Below are positions 43,943 through 53,923 of a stretch of 64,000 bases of DNA, piece after piece; position 1 is the stretch's first letter, and each line of letters starts with the position of its first letter. This stretch comes from Gemmatimonadaceae bacterium (GTDB taxonomy: Bacteria > Gemmatimonadota > Gemmatimonadetes > Gemmatimonadales > Gemmatimonadaceae), in contig JBHYGA010000005.1 of NCBI GenBank assembly GCA_051859245.1, forward strand, positions 416,001-480,000, in the 5' to 3' direction. A program made the position numbers and the translations under genes. The notes beneath the pieces are model-generated. The model worked only from the letters and a program-made list of their open reading frames with translations, made no database searches and was not told where the DNA came from.

Positions 43943-44490
43943 TGGCTGAGTATGAGCTGAAGGCGGTGCCGGCTGATCGTTACAACGGATCGCCCATCAT
44001 CCCCACCGGCAACCCGATGATTGATGGTGTTGGACCAGCTGCGTGGGCGCAGCGTTCCGACACGCCGGACCTCACGGTGCACGGCAAGCCCAAGATTGTG
44101 CCCATGCGCACCGCGCCGGGATACACGATTGCGAGCAACGATCCGGACCCGCGCGGTTTGCCGGTGATTGCGGCCGACAAGCAGACGGCCGGTATTGTTG
44201 TTGATGTGTGGGTTGATCGTTCGGAGCCGCAGGTGCGCTACTACGAAGTGCAGCTTGCCGGATCCGAAGCGCGTCGTCTGCTGCCGGCCGGTTATGTGCA
44301 GTGGCCGAACTTTGGCTTGTGGGGCAATGATCGCTTGCTCGTGAAAACGATCACCGCGGCGCAGTTCCACAATGTGCCAACCATCAAGCGCGATGACACG
44401 ATCACGTTGCTCGAAGAAGACAAGATCACGGCGTATTACGCCGGTGGTCAGATGTACGCCATGGACGGTCGCGCGGAGCCGTTGATCTGA
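43942..44490 (+). CDS. puhA: Reaction centre H subunit, cytoplasmic PRC-barrel part (H2)
   Basis: PTGNPMIDGVGPAAW, DPDPRG, WVDRSE, ITLLEEDKITAYYAGG; own GAGGAG RBS. Confidence 0.92.
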   Translation: MAEYELKAVPADRYNGSPIIPTGNPMIDGVGPAAWAQRSDTPDLTVHGKPKIVPMRTAPGYTIASNDPDPRGLPVIAADKQTAGIVVDVWVDRSEPQVRYYEVQLAGSEARRLLPAGYVQWPNFGLWGNDRLLVKTITAAQFHNVPTIKRDDTITLLEEDKITAYYAGGQMYAMDGRAEPLI

Positions 44491-45179
44491 TGTCGACTTC
44501 ATCACCGTCGGAGACACCGGGCCACGTCGAGTCCGACGCCCCGGTGTTCATCCGCGGCGTTTCGCATCCGCTGCCTCCCGATGAGCGCTTGCTTTGGGAG
44601 GGCGCACCGAAGGCTGGTCTGATTGCACGCCACGTGTTTCATCGCTGGCTGGTGATTGGCTACTTCGCGCTTGTTACGAGCTGGTGGGTCTCGCAAACGT
44701 ATGGCACGGTGGAGACCGACGCGTTTCTCCCAATGCTGGGCATGCGTTTGCTCCTGGCGGCCATCGTGATTGGTACGGTTGAGTTTCTCGCGCGCACGAT
44801 CGCCAACACCACGGTGTACGCGATTACGTCAAAACGTCTGGTCCTCAAGATTGGCATGGTGTTGCCAATGTCGATCAACGTCCCGTTTCGCATTGTGCAG
44901 AACGCGGGCGTGGGCAAGTTCCGCGATGGCTCCGGACAGATTGCGCTGTCGCTGATCAAGGGACAGCGTCTCGCGTACGTTGCGCTGTGGCCGCATTGCA
45001 AGGTGTTTTCGATCAACCATCCGCAGCCGGTGTTACGCGGGCTGCACGACGTGGATCGTGTGAGCGCCATCTTGCGCGACGCGATCGTGGCCGAAGCGGC
45101 GGCGTCTGGCGCGGGTGAAGCGATTGTCACCGAACGCGCGCCCAGCGGTACAGCGAGCGCTGTGCTGCAGCCCACCTGA
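44490..45179 (+). CDS. puhB: Photosynthetic complex assembly protein PuhB
   Basis: LPPDERLLWEGAP, TTVYAITSKRL..KIG, YVALWPH, PQPVLR. Confidence 0.9.
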   Translation: MSTSSPSETPGHVESDAPVFIRGVSHPLPPDERLLWEGAPKAGLIARHVFHRWLVIGYFALVTSWWVSQTYGTVETDAFLPMLGMRLLLAAIVIGTVEFLARTIANTTVYAITSKRLVLKIGMVLPMSINVPFRIVQNAGVGKFRDGSGQIALSLIKGQRLAYVALWPHCKVFSINHPQPVLRGLHDVDRVSAILRDAIVAEAAASGAGEAIVTERAPSGTASAVLQPT

Positions 45180-45204
45180 TTTTCTTTTACTGATTGCAAC
45201 GCAT

Positions 45205-45708
45205 ATGAGTGCCAACGTTCATTTCGAGCCGGAACCAGGAAGTCGGGACGCGATGCCAGGCATCGGCGTGCCAAAGGGCGCGCTGTACATGGCACTCGCG
45301 CTTATCGTGCTCACGTTTGCGCTCGCGATTTCAGCGCGTGTGTTTGGGTTCGGTGCATTCGCGCCGGAAACGGGTACGCCGATCATCACGCGCTCACTCA
45401 CGTTTACTGATGCACCAGACGGTGGCATTCTGGTGCATGACGCTGAGAGCAAATCGCTGGCCACGGTGTTGCCGCCCAACTCGAGCAACTTCATTCGCGG
45501 CGCGCTGCGTGCGCTCACCCGCAAACGCCGCCTGGCGAGCATCGGGCCCGAAGTGGCGTTTGTGCTCACGCGCTACGATGACGGACGGTTGGTGTTGAGC
45601 GATCCCGAGACCAAGGCCACGGTGAGTGTGTCGAGCTTTGGGCCCACGCAGATTGCGTCGTTTGATTCGCTGCTGGTGGTGGGGCGCAAGGCGGCGGTGG
45701 CGCCGTAG
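45205..45708 (+). CDS. puhC: Photosynthetic complex assembly protein PuhC
   Basis: LTFTDAPDGG, FIRGALRAL.RKR, DGRLVLSDPET, SFGPT. Confidence 0.9.
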   Translation: MSANVHFEPEPGSRDAMPGIGVPKGALYMALALIVLTFALAISARVFGFGAFAPETGTPIITRSLTFTDAPDGGILVHDAESKSLATVLPPNSSNFIRGALRALTRKRRLASIGPEVAFVLTRYDDGRLVLSDPETKATVSVSSFGPTQIASFDSLLVVGRKAAVAP

Positions 45709-45725
45709 GTGTTCCTCGCTGGAGT

Positions 45726-45918
45726 GCTCCTAATGCTGGGGGAACAGCGGCGGGAAGACACAAAGGCACGAAGGACACGAAGAAGAGCAACTGCAAAGGA
45801 TTCTTGATGAACAGCAACTGAACGAGGGTGCATTTTTCCCTCAAAATTCAGTTGCTGTTTTTGTGTCCTTCGTGCCTTTGTGTCTTCCCGCCGCAGTTCT
45901 CCCAGCACTAGGCGCACC
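45726..45918. repeat. Palindromic element C (same unit as B, opposite arrangement)
   Basis: CCTAATGCTGGGGGAACAGCGGCGGGAAGACACAAAGGCACGAAGGACAC ... GTGTCCTTCGTGCCTTTGTGTCTTCCCGCCGCAGTTCTCCCAGCACTAGG. Confidence 0.93.
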
Positions 45919-45935
45919 TGCGCTTCAGCGCCCCA

Positions 45936-47867
45936 TCAGCGCCGAGTGCCCGTCGCATCCACGATGATGTGACACGCTACGCCGCTCGTGCCTTGCACAC
46001 GACGGTAGCCAATCACGTTCACTTGCAGCGCCAGCGTACCATCGGCGTTGAAGCGACCGTTCAGACGTGTGGTGAGCGCGGTGGCCAACTCGGCCTGGCC
46101 CGGCATCACGCGGAACGTGCTTGAGAAAAATCCGTCCGCATCGAGCACGGAAGGAAACGTGTCGCCGCCGGTGAAGGCGATGGACAGCGTGTCGTCGCCC
46201 GCACGATGTGACACGCGTGCGGCATCAGTGCCTGAGGGGCCGCGCCAGAGATCGCGACAGGCCGCCGAACCATTCACGCGAGCCGCGTCATAACGCACCG
46301 TGTACACACCGCCCACGGTCGTGCCGCGTCGATCGCTGGCCGAACGCGCGGCGCCGCTGCCGGCTTGCTTGAAGCGCACCTGGTTGCCGAACTCGGTGGT
46401 GATCTGATCGATGTCGTCTTTGGGAAACTCGTACCGCAGCCCCGTTTCGGCGTCGCGAAAGACCACCGACGAGGTCTTGATCACTTCCACGCGCCCCTGC
46501 AGCCGCCGCCCGCTTTCCAGCTGCAGCTGGTCGAGCCCCGGCAGCACGCGGGTGGCGCCGCCGTTTGCTGCAGGCGCAGGAGTGCGTCCAGCAGGCGCTG
46601 TAGCGGGCGCGGAGGCGTTGAGGCGAGGCGTGGGCCTCGTGGCGGGCTGAACGCGCCGTACGCGCGCTTCGTCGCCGTCGCGCAGCGGCAGCGCGTTGCG
46701 CGTAATGCTCGGCACACCAGGTGACGCCGGGGCCGAACCCAGAGCTGCCGTCGCTGCGTTCGGCGCGGCGCCAGCCCCAAGTCCGCGCACGTTTGACCGT
46801 TCGGTGAGCTCGATGTACGCGTTGCCCGTCGCGCCCTCGGCGGGCAAGCGTGTCATGGCGAGCGACGGGGCCACGCCGGATCCAGGCGCGAGCGGCACGC
46901 GCGTGGCCCGACCACCCACGCCAATGCCGTCCGTTGCGCCGGTCGACTGCGGCGCGGTTGCCGGAGGGGCGTTCCGGCGCGCCGCATCGGTCACGGTATA
47001 CACCGTTGGGATCTCCGGAGTGTTGGCGCCCAGCAGGCTCGTGTCGGCAACAGACGCCGTGTCCAGCGGCGCGCTGATGCGAACGGCCTTCGGATCACGC
47101 GCGATGGCGCGATCAATCTCCGCCATGCGTGCCGCCTCGCGCTGCGCGGCGAGTCGACTGCGGCCGGCGGCCTGATAAAAAATGCTGATGTACGCACCCA
47201 CCGCGATCAGTGCGGTGAGCTTGGCAACATTCGGTGCGGCGGTGATCGCCCAACTCGATGAGCCACCGCGCGCGGGGCCAATACGTGATCCTGGAATCGC
47301 GCGCGGCAATGCACGACCACCAACGAGCGGCGGTGAAGCGGACCGTGCACCCGTCCGCCACACATTGCCGGTTGACGGCGGCGCGGCAAAACCGCTGTTG
47401 CTTCGTGCCGGTGTGCGCGGCGGTGGAAGCGGCGGCAGTGCGTAGGCCGAACCAGCGTTTGTGTTCGCGGTTGGATTCCACGACGGCGCCGGCGGTTTGG
47501 GCTGATCAACAAACGCCGTGAGGTGCGACGCTTCAATACAACCAAACGCATAGCCCCACGCTTCAATGGCCCAGCGCGCAACTTCGGGTTGCAGAAAACG
47601 ATCGGCAATCCACGAGTTGATGAGCGGCGCGCTCTTGGCGCTCCACTGCGCCGGATCGAGTTTGGTGCGCGGCAGCGTGTACAACACACCGCGCTCAATC
47701 GCTTCCATGAGCACGTTGGCGAGCGGACGCGCGTCACTGCCCACTTCGTCGAGCAAGCGATTGCGAAACACATCGAGTGACGGCTGTGCCCAATCGTCTG
47801 CACCACGCACAAGGCGGTGCAGCGCGTCGCGCATGGCGCGGCGGGTATCGGTGAGCACGGTAGTCAT
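45936..47867 (-). CDS. Hypothetical single-pass membrane protein of TerY-P locus (paralog 2)
   Basis: N-terminal helical domain, Pro/Ala linker, TM LTALIAVGAYISIFY, C-terminal beta domain with Cys pair. Confidence 0.75.
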   Translation of the reverse strand: MTTVLTDTRRAMRDALHRLVRGADDWAQPSLDVFRNRLLDEVGSDARPLANVLMEAIERGVLYTLPRTKLDPAQWSAKSAPLINSWIADRFLQPEVARWAIEAWGYAFGCIEASHLTAFVDQPKPPAPSWNPTANTNAGSAYALPPLPPPRTPARSNSGFAAPPSTGNVWRTGARSASPPLVGGRALPRAIPGSRIGPARGGSSSWAITAAPNVAKLTALIAVGAYISIFYQAAGRSRLAAQREAARMAEIDRAIARDPKAVRISAPLDTASVADTSLLGANTPEIPTVYTVTDAARRNAPPATAPQSTGATDGIGVGGRATRVPLAPGSGVAPSLAMTRLPAEGATGNAYIELTERSNVRGLGAGAAPNAATAALGSAPASPGVPSITRNALPLRDGDEARVRRVQPATRPTPRLNASAPATAPAGRTPAPAANGGATRVLPGLDQLQLESGRRLQGRVEVIKTSSVVFRDAETGLRYEFPKDDIDQITTEFGNQVRFKQAGSGAARSASDRRGTTVGGVYTVRYDAARVNGSAACRDLWRGPSGTDAARVSHRAGDDTLSIAFTGGDTFPSVLDADGFFSSTFRVMPGQAELATALTTRLNGRFNADGTLALQVNVIGYRRVQGTSGVACHIIVDATGTRR

Positions 47868-47954
47868 GGGTTCAGGCGTTGCTCGTTAAACGCCACAGGG
47901 CGGGCTCAGGGTCCACGATCGCGCATATTCGGGTGACGAACAGGCGCATGGTAT

Positions 47955-49385
47955 TCAGCGCCGCGCGCCGATCAGATCCGCGATCACCATGCAGCGCTGC
48001 GTGCGGCGGTAGCGAATGACCGCCTCCGTTTCCGTGTAGGTGCGCGCCACAAAACCGGTTGGTGTGGTGCGGCCGATCATGCGAAAGTTGTAGCGCACAC
48101 CGTCGTGCGTACCGCTGTGCGGTGCGGTGGCAAATGTGCCGTCACCCTGCAGCATGCCGTGCACACCAGGACGCGAGACGAGTTGGAACTCACGGGTGTC
48201 CGCGGTTTGCGTAAACTCTTCGTCGCTCACCGCGTCAGCATTCTGCAGCGCATCAGCCACCGGTGTACACATGGCGCTGCCATTCACGGCGAGAATGCGG
48301 CGTTCAACGCGGTAGCGGCCAGCGAGGGACGGGACCGGTGCGTTCATTGGCGTGGTGTGATACGCCTCTGCGCTCAACACCGGCGCGCCCTCGGCGTTGA
48401 CCGGTTGACGCGCCGCCGCCATATCAGCCACCACGCGCGGCGCCGAATCAACGGTGCGCGCCGCCGAATCAACAGTGCGCGCCGCCGAATCAACAACAGC
48501 CGCCGCAGAATCAGCACCGCGTGCCGACGAATCGGTCGCAACCGTGGTCGCATCAACCGAAGCTCCTGGCGCCGTCAGCAACGCCGAATCAACAGCGCGC
48601 AGTGCAACCTGCGCGGCCGACGCGATGGGCTCCGACATCGACCGCGCCGTCATCACAAACCCAAGAAAGAACACACCAAAGACACACATCGCCACGAAGA
48701 ACCCGGCAAAATTCGGCGGATGTATCGTACTGCCGCTCGCACTTGCCGCACCCGCACCCGCACCCGGCACACGCCACCGTGGTGCACCGGCGGCCGGTGC
48801 ACCACGCACCCACGCACCAACGCGCGGTGCCGGCGGACCACCAGCCCATGATGGCGCACCTGGCACATAGGTCGCCGCAGCCGTTGGCGCTTTCACACCC
48901 GGTGTTGGCGTGCCTCGCGCACCACTGCTACTGCGCGCCCGCGGCGTTGTCACACGCTCCACTCGTGCGCTCGCACTCGCGGCGCGCGCCGCATACTCCG
49001 CGCGCAGTGCATTGGCGGCATCACGCGGGACAACACCAAGCGCGACCGCCCACGCGTCTACCGCCCACGTGGCAATGTCTGCGTTTACAAACAGCTCGCC
49101 CACCACCATCGAGACCAGCGTGGTGCGACGTGCAGGCCATTCCGATGTACGCACCGTGCCGAGCGCGTGCAGTGCATCTACCAGGCCATGACGGCCGACG
49201 CGCAGCAGCAAATCGATCAGCGCGCGATGATCACTGCCGCACGCATCGAGCAACAGGTTCCGAAATCGCTGTGGTGCCGACGGCGGCCACGTTTCGCCTT
49301 GTGCAAGCAGCGACGCCAGCGCGTCGGCCGCCACGGCGTGCACCGATGCGGGCCGACCCTGTCCATCGCCGAACGGTGCAGACAC
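47955..49385 (-). CDS. Hypothetical single-pass membrane protein of TerY-P locus (paralog 1)
   Basis: Same N- and C-domains; TM FAGFFVAMCVFGVFFLGFVM; VDSAART repeats. Confidence 0.75.
   Translation of the reverse strand: MSAPFGDGQGRPASVHAVAADALASLLAQGETWPPSAPQRFRNLLLDACGSDHRALIDLLLRVGRHGLVDALHALGTVRTSEWPARRTTLVSMVVGELFVNADIATWAVDAWAVALGVVPRDAANALRAEYAARAASASARVERVTTPRARSSSGARGTPTPGVKAPTAAATYVPGAPSWAGGPPAPRVGAWVRGAPAAGAPRWRVPGAGAGAASASGSTIHPPNFAGFFVAMCVFGVFFLGFVMTARSMSEPIASAAQVALRAVDSALLTAPGASVDATTVATDSSARGADSAAAVVDSAARTVDSAARTVDSAPRVVADMAAARQPVNAEGAPVLSAEAYHTTPMNAPVPSLAGRYRVERRILAVNGSAMCTPVADALQNADAVSDEEFTQTADTREFQLVSRPGVHGMLQGDGTFATAPHSGTHDGVRYNFRMIGRTTPTGFVARTYTETEAVIRYRRTQRCMVIADLIGARR
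48440..48512 (-). repeat. In-frame 21-bp tandem repeat encoding (VDSAART)n
   Basis: GCCGAATCAACGGTGCGCGCC-like units read directly. Confidence 0.85.
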
Positions 49386-49397
49386 GCGACGCTCGGC

Positions 49398-50825
49398 TCA
49401 GCGCAAAAAGTCTATGCGCAACACACGCGCCGGCACGTCGTCACCGGCACGCAGTGCGAGCCCCGGTACGAGCTCCACCTGCTCGTTGTGTCCGATGCGT
49501 GGTCCGTCAATCACATGCATGGGCGTGTGCGAAAGATTCACCAGCCACCACTTGCCACCGTGCTGCGCAATGTACGCCTGCGGCGCGCGGTCGGCGTGCT
49601 CGTTGGGCGACACACTGCTGCGCAAATGCCACTGATGCAGGATCAGATGGTGAAAGAACGTGAACGTGAGCTTCTCGTCAACCAGACCGTTGCCCGTATC
49701 ACGCCACACACGCGCGTACGGCAGCGGACCGGCAATATGCTCGCCAGACCACGCGCACTTGTTGTGCAGGCCCGGGCCAGCCACCACCCACTTTCGGCCA
49801 GAGGTGGTAGGCGCGAGCATGTTCATGGTGTGATACAGCGCGCCCTCCCACTCAGCCGCATCCGCACGCTTGTTCGGATGATGCAACCCGTGCACAAAAC
49901 TCTTTTCAAAGAGCGGCGCGAGAAACGGACCCAAGCGCGTGTACGGGACGGTGATTGGCTTGGACGGCGGATTGCTGCGATCGGTTGGATGCTCCACAAA
50001 CAACGCCCGCGCACCCATGCTCAACGTTTCATCTTCTTCGGCCGAACGCGAACTGTTTACGCGCGTGCCTTGCAGTGGATGACGCTGCAGCAACAGCTGA
50101 TACAACAGCACCGCGAGTGCATGTCGATCGGTGGCAATGCTTGGCACCGCTTTCCCAGCGAGCACTTCGGGCGCAATGTATCCGGGCGTTCCGAGCACCG
50201 ATGGCGGTGCAATGCCCGGCACCACCAGCGAGTCAATGTCAATCACGCACGCGTCGCCACCTTTGGGATCAACGAGCACGTTTTTGTTTGACAAATCGCT
50301 GTGCGCAAGTCCGGCAAAGTGCATGCGACGAATCGCACGTGTGAGCCGCACCGCGACCTGCATGCGTGTGAGCAGGTTGCCCTGTTCTTCCTGCGGCACA
50401 AAATGCGACGCTTTGCCGCCGGTAAACCACTTCACTTCTTTTTCCTGACGCGAGCCAAAGCGGTCGCGAAAGTAGAATGTGTTGCGATACACCGGCGTGA
50501 CCACACCGAGCGGCGGCCACACGAGTTGCTGTCGTCGCGCGAACTCCTGCGGCACCGCGTTCACCCCTTCCACCATGGCCACCGGCCAGCAGAAATACGG
50601 TGTCCAGTATTCGCCTTTGGCGCCGAGAGTCGGGTTGTAGGTGGCGATAATGCGTGTGAGTCGATCAACACGTTCGCGCCGATCGGCCAGATGGCCAAAG
50701 AAAAATCCTACGGCGTACTGACGATCACGCGTGAGAAACACACGCTTTTCGGCGCCGCTGCCAACGGGTGTATCGTCGAGCTGCAGCGTGCGCCCGTCGG
50801 TCAGGCGGACGTTGACGGTGCCCAT
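49398..50825 (-). CDS. Ser/Thr kinase of TerY-P type with FHA-like C-terminus
   Basis: GSGAEK, HSDLSNKNVLVD, IDIDS, GTPGYIAPE, TDRHALAV. Confidence 0.88.
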   Translation of the reverse strand: MGTVNVRLTDGRTLQLDDTPVGSGAEKRVFLTRDRQYAVGFFFGHLADRRERVDRLTRIIATYNPTLGAKGEYWTPYFCWPVAMVEGVNAVPQEFARRQQLVWPPLGVVTPVYRNTFYFRDRFGSRQEKEVKWFTGGKASHFVPQEEQGNLLTRMQVAVRLTRAIRRMHFAGLAHSDLSNKNVLVDPKGGDACVIDIDSLVVPGIAPPSVLGTPGYIAPEVLAGKAVPSIATDRHALAVLLYQLLLQRHPLQGTRVNSSRSAEEDETLSMGARALFVEHPTDRSNPPSKPITVPYTRLGPFLAPLFEKSFVHGLHHPNKRADAAEWEGALYHTMNMLAPTTSGRKWVVAGPGLHNKCAWSGEHIAGPLPYARVWRDTGNGLVDEKLTFTFFHHLILHQWHLRSSVSPNEHADRAPQAYIAQHGGKWWLVNLSHTPMHVIDGPRIGHNEQVELVPGLALRAGDDVPARVLRIDFLR

Positions 50826-51937
50826 GGTGCGATCGAGTGTGAGGCGGAGTGGTGCAGGGCCACGGCCAGCGTGCGGTCATCGTTCTCGCCGCGCTTTTCA
50901 AAGCCGAGCCAGTCGAGCAGTGCGGAACCCGGATCAGCCGCGGTGAACACCGCCGGCATCAGTGACTGCGCGGTCAGTCCTGTGAGTGGATGCTGCACAC
51001 CGTGCACAAGCTGCGACAGCAGCGCCGGAGCGTGACGTGCAAACGGATAGAGCGCGTCTTCCACGCCGTCGGTCACCAACAATACCGCCGCGAGGTCGGG
51101 CACTAGGTATGAACGCGTGGCCGCACGCGCGCGCGACATGGTTTCTTCGTCTGGCAAAAAGCAGTGCACTTCGCCCGACCATTCGCCGGCATCACCCACC
51201 GAGGGTTGTGTGATACGCCCGTCCTGATGTGCGAGCACGAGCATGCCGTCGCCCACTTGCGAGGTGACCACGCGCACGCCGCCGTCGGCCGCGCGTTCCC
51301 ACGCAACCGCGAGCAGTGTGGTGCGCAACAGGCGCGGCGACACCTTCATGGCATCCGCGCACGCGCGCAGCAACGTCACTGCGTCGGAGATCGCGAGCAA
51401 CATGGTTTCTTCGTTGAGCGCCGCTGCATCACGCAGCGCGAGGCCAACCGCGTCTACGGCGATTGCGCTGCCCAGCCGGCTCCACGCCGCTGAGCCCGCG
51501 CCATCACCAACTACCAGCACACCACGCTCAGCGGTGAGCGCACAAAAACTCGCGTCTTCACACCAGCTGCCCACGTGCGCATGCCGACGGCCGCGACGTG
51601 CTGCCGCAACCGCCTGCCATTCGGCAGTACGCACATGTTCCGTGTGCGAGTGGCTGCGCTCATTCACCTCATCGGTTGCATGCGCCGCGACCGCATCACG
51701 CCTCGCGAACAGGCGCGCGCGCTCTTCCGCGCCCAGCACCGCGACGAGGGCCTGTTCGATTTCTGGCGGACACCACGCATCAATCGGTGCCCGCACGGTC
51801 CACGTGGCCGGTTTCGGCAACGGCGGCTCGGCAATCGGTTCGGCAGCCGCTGCTGCGTTCGTGATCGCGCTTGTCGCACTCGCGGCTGACGTGCCTATAT
51901 CATCGCTCTGTTTCGCCAACGCATCCGCATCACTCAC
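50801..51937 (-). CDS. PP2C-family protein phosphatase of TerY-P type
   Basis: RGRRH...CED, GDGAGSA..SRLGS, QVGDG, TDGVED, DDRT. Confidence 0.88.
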   Translation of the reverse strand: MSDADALAKQSDDIGTSAASATSAITNAAAAAEPIAEPPLPKPATWTVRAPIDAWCPPEIEQALVAVLGAEERARLFARRDAVAAHATDEVNERSHSHTEHVRTAEWQAVAAARRGRRHAHVGSWCEDASFCALTAERGVLVVGDGAGSAAWSRLGSAIAVDAVGLALRDAAALNEETMLLAISDAVTLLRACADAMKVSPRLLRTTLLAVAWERAADGGVRVVTSQVGDGMLVLAHQDGRITQPSVGDAGEWSGEVHCFLPDEETMSRARAATRSYLVPDLAAVLLVTDGVEDALYPFARHAPALLSQLVHGVQHPLTGLTAQSLMPAVFTAADPGSALLDWLGFEKRGENDDRTLAVALHHSASHSIAPWAPSTSA

Positions 51938-52602
51938 GGAACGATCGTGATGCCAGGCGGTGGCGGGGGCAGGGTAATCGCGCTGCCATCGGCGACCGCG
52001 CCCACCTTCTGCGACGTCTGCTTCACCGAGGCCGACACAAAGCTGAAGAACGCACGGAACGCATCCGGCGACATCTCCTGCATGAGAATCACATTCTCGG
52101 TGACCTGCTTGAGCACATTCACATCGGCCTGATCACCGCACGCCACGGCAATGATGTTGGCGGGGCGACGCTCACGCAGCTGCTGCGCGTACATCGGCCA
52201 CTCCACATCGGTTGGGGCACCGTCAGACAAGATGAACACGAGCGGACGCCAGTCGCCCTTTACATCGGCGGTGGTGCGCACGAGCTCGCGATCAAAACTT
52301 TCGATCAGCATGCGCAGGCCATCACCAAAGTTGGTGGTGCCATTGGCGGTCAGATCGGGCGGATTGAACATCGCCACTTCGGTGAGCGGCACCGCCTGCT
52401 GTGCGCTGTTGCCGAACGTGATGATCGAGAGATATGCACTCTCAATGGCCTGCGGATCGCCGAGCAGATCGCGATGCAGCTGGCGAATGCCGGACTTGAC
52501 GGATTCAATGGGCGTTCCCTGCATGGAGCCGGAAACGTCGGCGAGGATATAGACGGGCAGGCGACGGGTCGTCACAGGACGGCTCCGGGGAAAGGCGGAC
52601 AA
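51934..52602 (-). CDS. terY: TerY-like von Willebrand factor A protein
   Basis: RRLPVYILADVSGSM (MIDAS), KGDWRPLVFILSDGAPTD, LPPPPP tail; GTG 52575 alternative start. Confidence 0.85.
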   Translation of the reverse strand: MSAFPRSRPVTTRRLPVYILADVSGSMQGTPIESVKSGIRQLHRDLLGDPQAIESAYLSIITFGNSAQQAVPLTEVAMFNPPDLTANGTTNFGDGLRMLIESFDRELVRTTADVKGDWRPLVFILSDGAPTDVEWPMYAQQLRERRPANIIAVACGDQADVNVLKQVTENVILMQEMSPDAFRAFFSFVSASVKQTSQKVGAVADGSAITLPPPPPGITIVP

Positions 52603-52761
52603 AGTAGGATCGCGTAAGCAACGCGACGCGCGGACGATTCGCAGCGCACAACCGGATAAACGCCCAACACGCGTACGAGGGTTTCGGGTTTCCCGGATTT
52701 AACACGCGGTACGTGCCGGGGGTCCCCGAACGCCGGAGAACAATCATACGCCAATGCAAAG

Positions 52762-52791
52762 CGCCCCGTGATGCCGAAGCACCACGGGGCG
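52762..52791 (-). terminator. Hairpin ending the puf operon
   Basis: Minus strand CGCCCCGTGGTGC-TTCG-GCATCACGGGGCG followed by CTTTG, just past the pufC stop. Confidence 0.75.
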
Positions 52792-52813
52792 TTCTCACCA
52801 CGACAACGGTGCG

Positions 52814-53923
52814 TTAGCGCTGCGATGTCCCAGCCTTCGCAGGCGGCGCCGCTCCGGTTGCTCCAGCGGGCGGAACCACGGCCGGGGCAGTGACTGCGCC
52901 AGCGGTTGAATCCGTCGCGGCCATGCTATCCGTGACCACCGGCGCGGTGTAGATGCCCGGGAAGGGCACGCCGTTCCAATCAGCACGTCCCCACATGGCC
53001 GGGTAGTCCTTGGCCATCTGCGCACCATACAGCGGCTTGTAGGCCCCGTTGTGGCACGTGATGCACTGCGCCTTGGGTGCGTCACCCATGGGCCCCAGAC
53101 GCACCGCCGGATATACCGGTTCCAGTGACGCCAGGAAGTTCGTGTTCACGTCGCGCATCATCTGGATACCGTGGAACGCCGTCACACGTGCCGGCGGCGC
53201 TTCGGTCCAGCTGGAGAACGCGCGTGAGTTGTGGCAGTAGGTGCAGTTGACGCCCAGCGACTTCGACTGTGAAATCATCAGCGCGTACGTCCACTCCGTC
53301 TGCTTGACCGACGAACGATTGTTGTTGTTCGGCTCAATCGTCTTGGAGATCACGCGCGCACCATCACGATCGAGATAGTGACGCAGGTAATCATTCTGAC
53401 TGGCGTAGAACCACAAGCCATTCGGCAGCGGCTTGCCCATGTGGCACGTGTAGCAGGTGACACCGGTGTTCTTCACATGCTCGGGATACTGCGAGTTGAT
53501 GTGCCGTGTCATCTGCAACATGCGACGCGCGACGATCTTGGTGTAGATCGGCTCACCCGTTGCCAGCGTGTCCGATGCAAATGCCGCCAGGTTGTGGCAA
53601 TACGCGCAGTTACCGGTACCGGCGACCCACGTACTCATCGCAATCATCGTGCGATTGAACTCGGCCACCGAGATATCGTTGAGCACCTGCACGTTCTGCC
53701 ACGGCAGCGGACCCGGAGGCGACGCACCAGCCGGTGGTAACACTTCAGGAATCGCGACGCTCGCGTACTTCGCGTCCACTTTCCCCATGTCGTACGTCTG
53801 CTCCATGGCGGTCCCGCGGAAGCCAACCTGCACGGCTTCCTTCTTGCCAAGGTCGCAGCCACTGAGGCCAACCGTTGCCAACAATGTGGCAACGGTGAGC
53901 ACGCGTGCGTTTCCAGCACTCAT
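52814..53923 (-). CDS. pufC: Reaction centre tetraheme cytochrome c
   Basis: Lipobox LSGC; CAYCH, CYTCH, CTYCH, CITCH. Confidence 0.96.
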   Translation of the reverse strand: MSAGNARVLTVATLLATVGLSGCDLGKKEAVQVGFRGTAMEQTYDMGKVDAKYASVAIPEVLPPAGASPPGPLPWQNVQVLNDISVAEFNRTMIAMSTWVAGTGNCAYCHNLAAFASDTLATGEPIYTKIVARRMLQMTRHINSQYPEHVKNTGVTCYTCHMGKPLPNGLWFYASQNDYLRHYLDRDGARVISKTIEPNNNNRSSVKQTEWTYALMISQSKSLGVNCTYCHNSRAFSSWTEAPPARVTAFHGIQMMRDVNTNFLASLEPVYPAVRLGPMGDAPKAQCITCHNGAYKPLYGAQMAKDYPAMWGRADWNGVPFPGIYTAPVVTDSMAATDSTAGAVTAPAVVPPAGATGAAPPAKAGTSQR

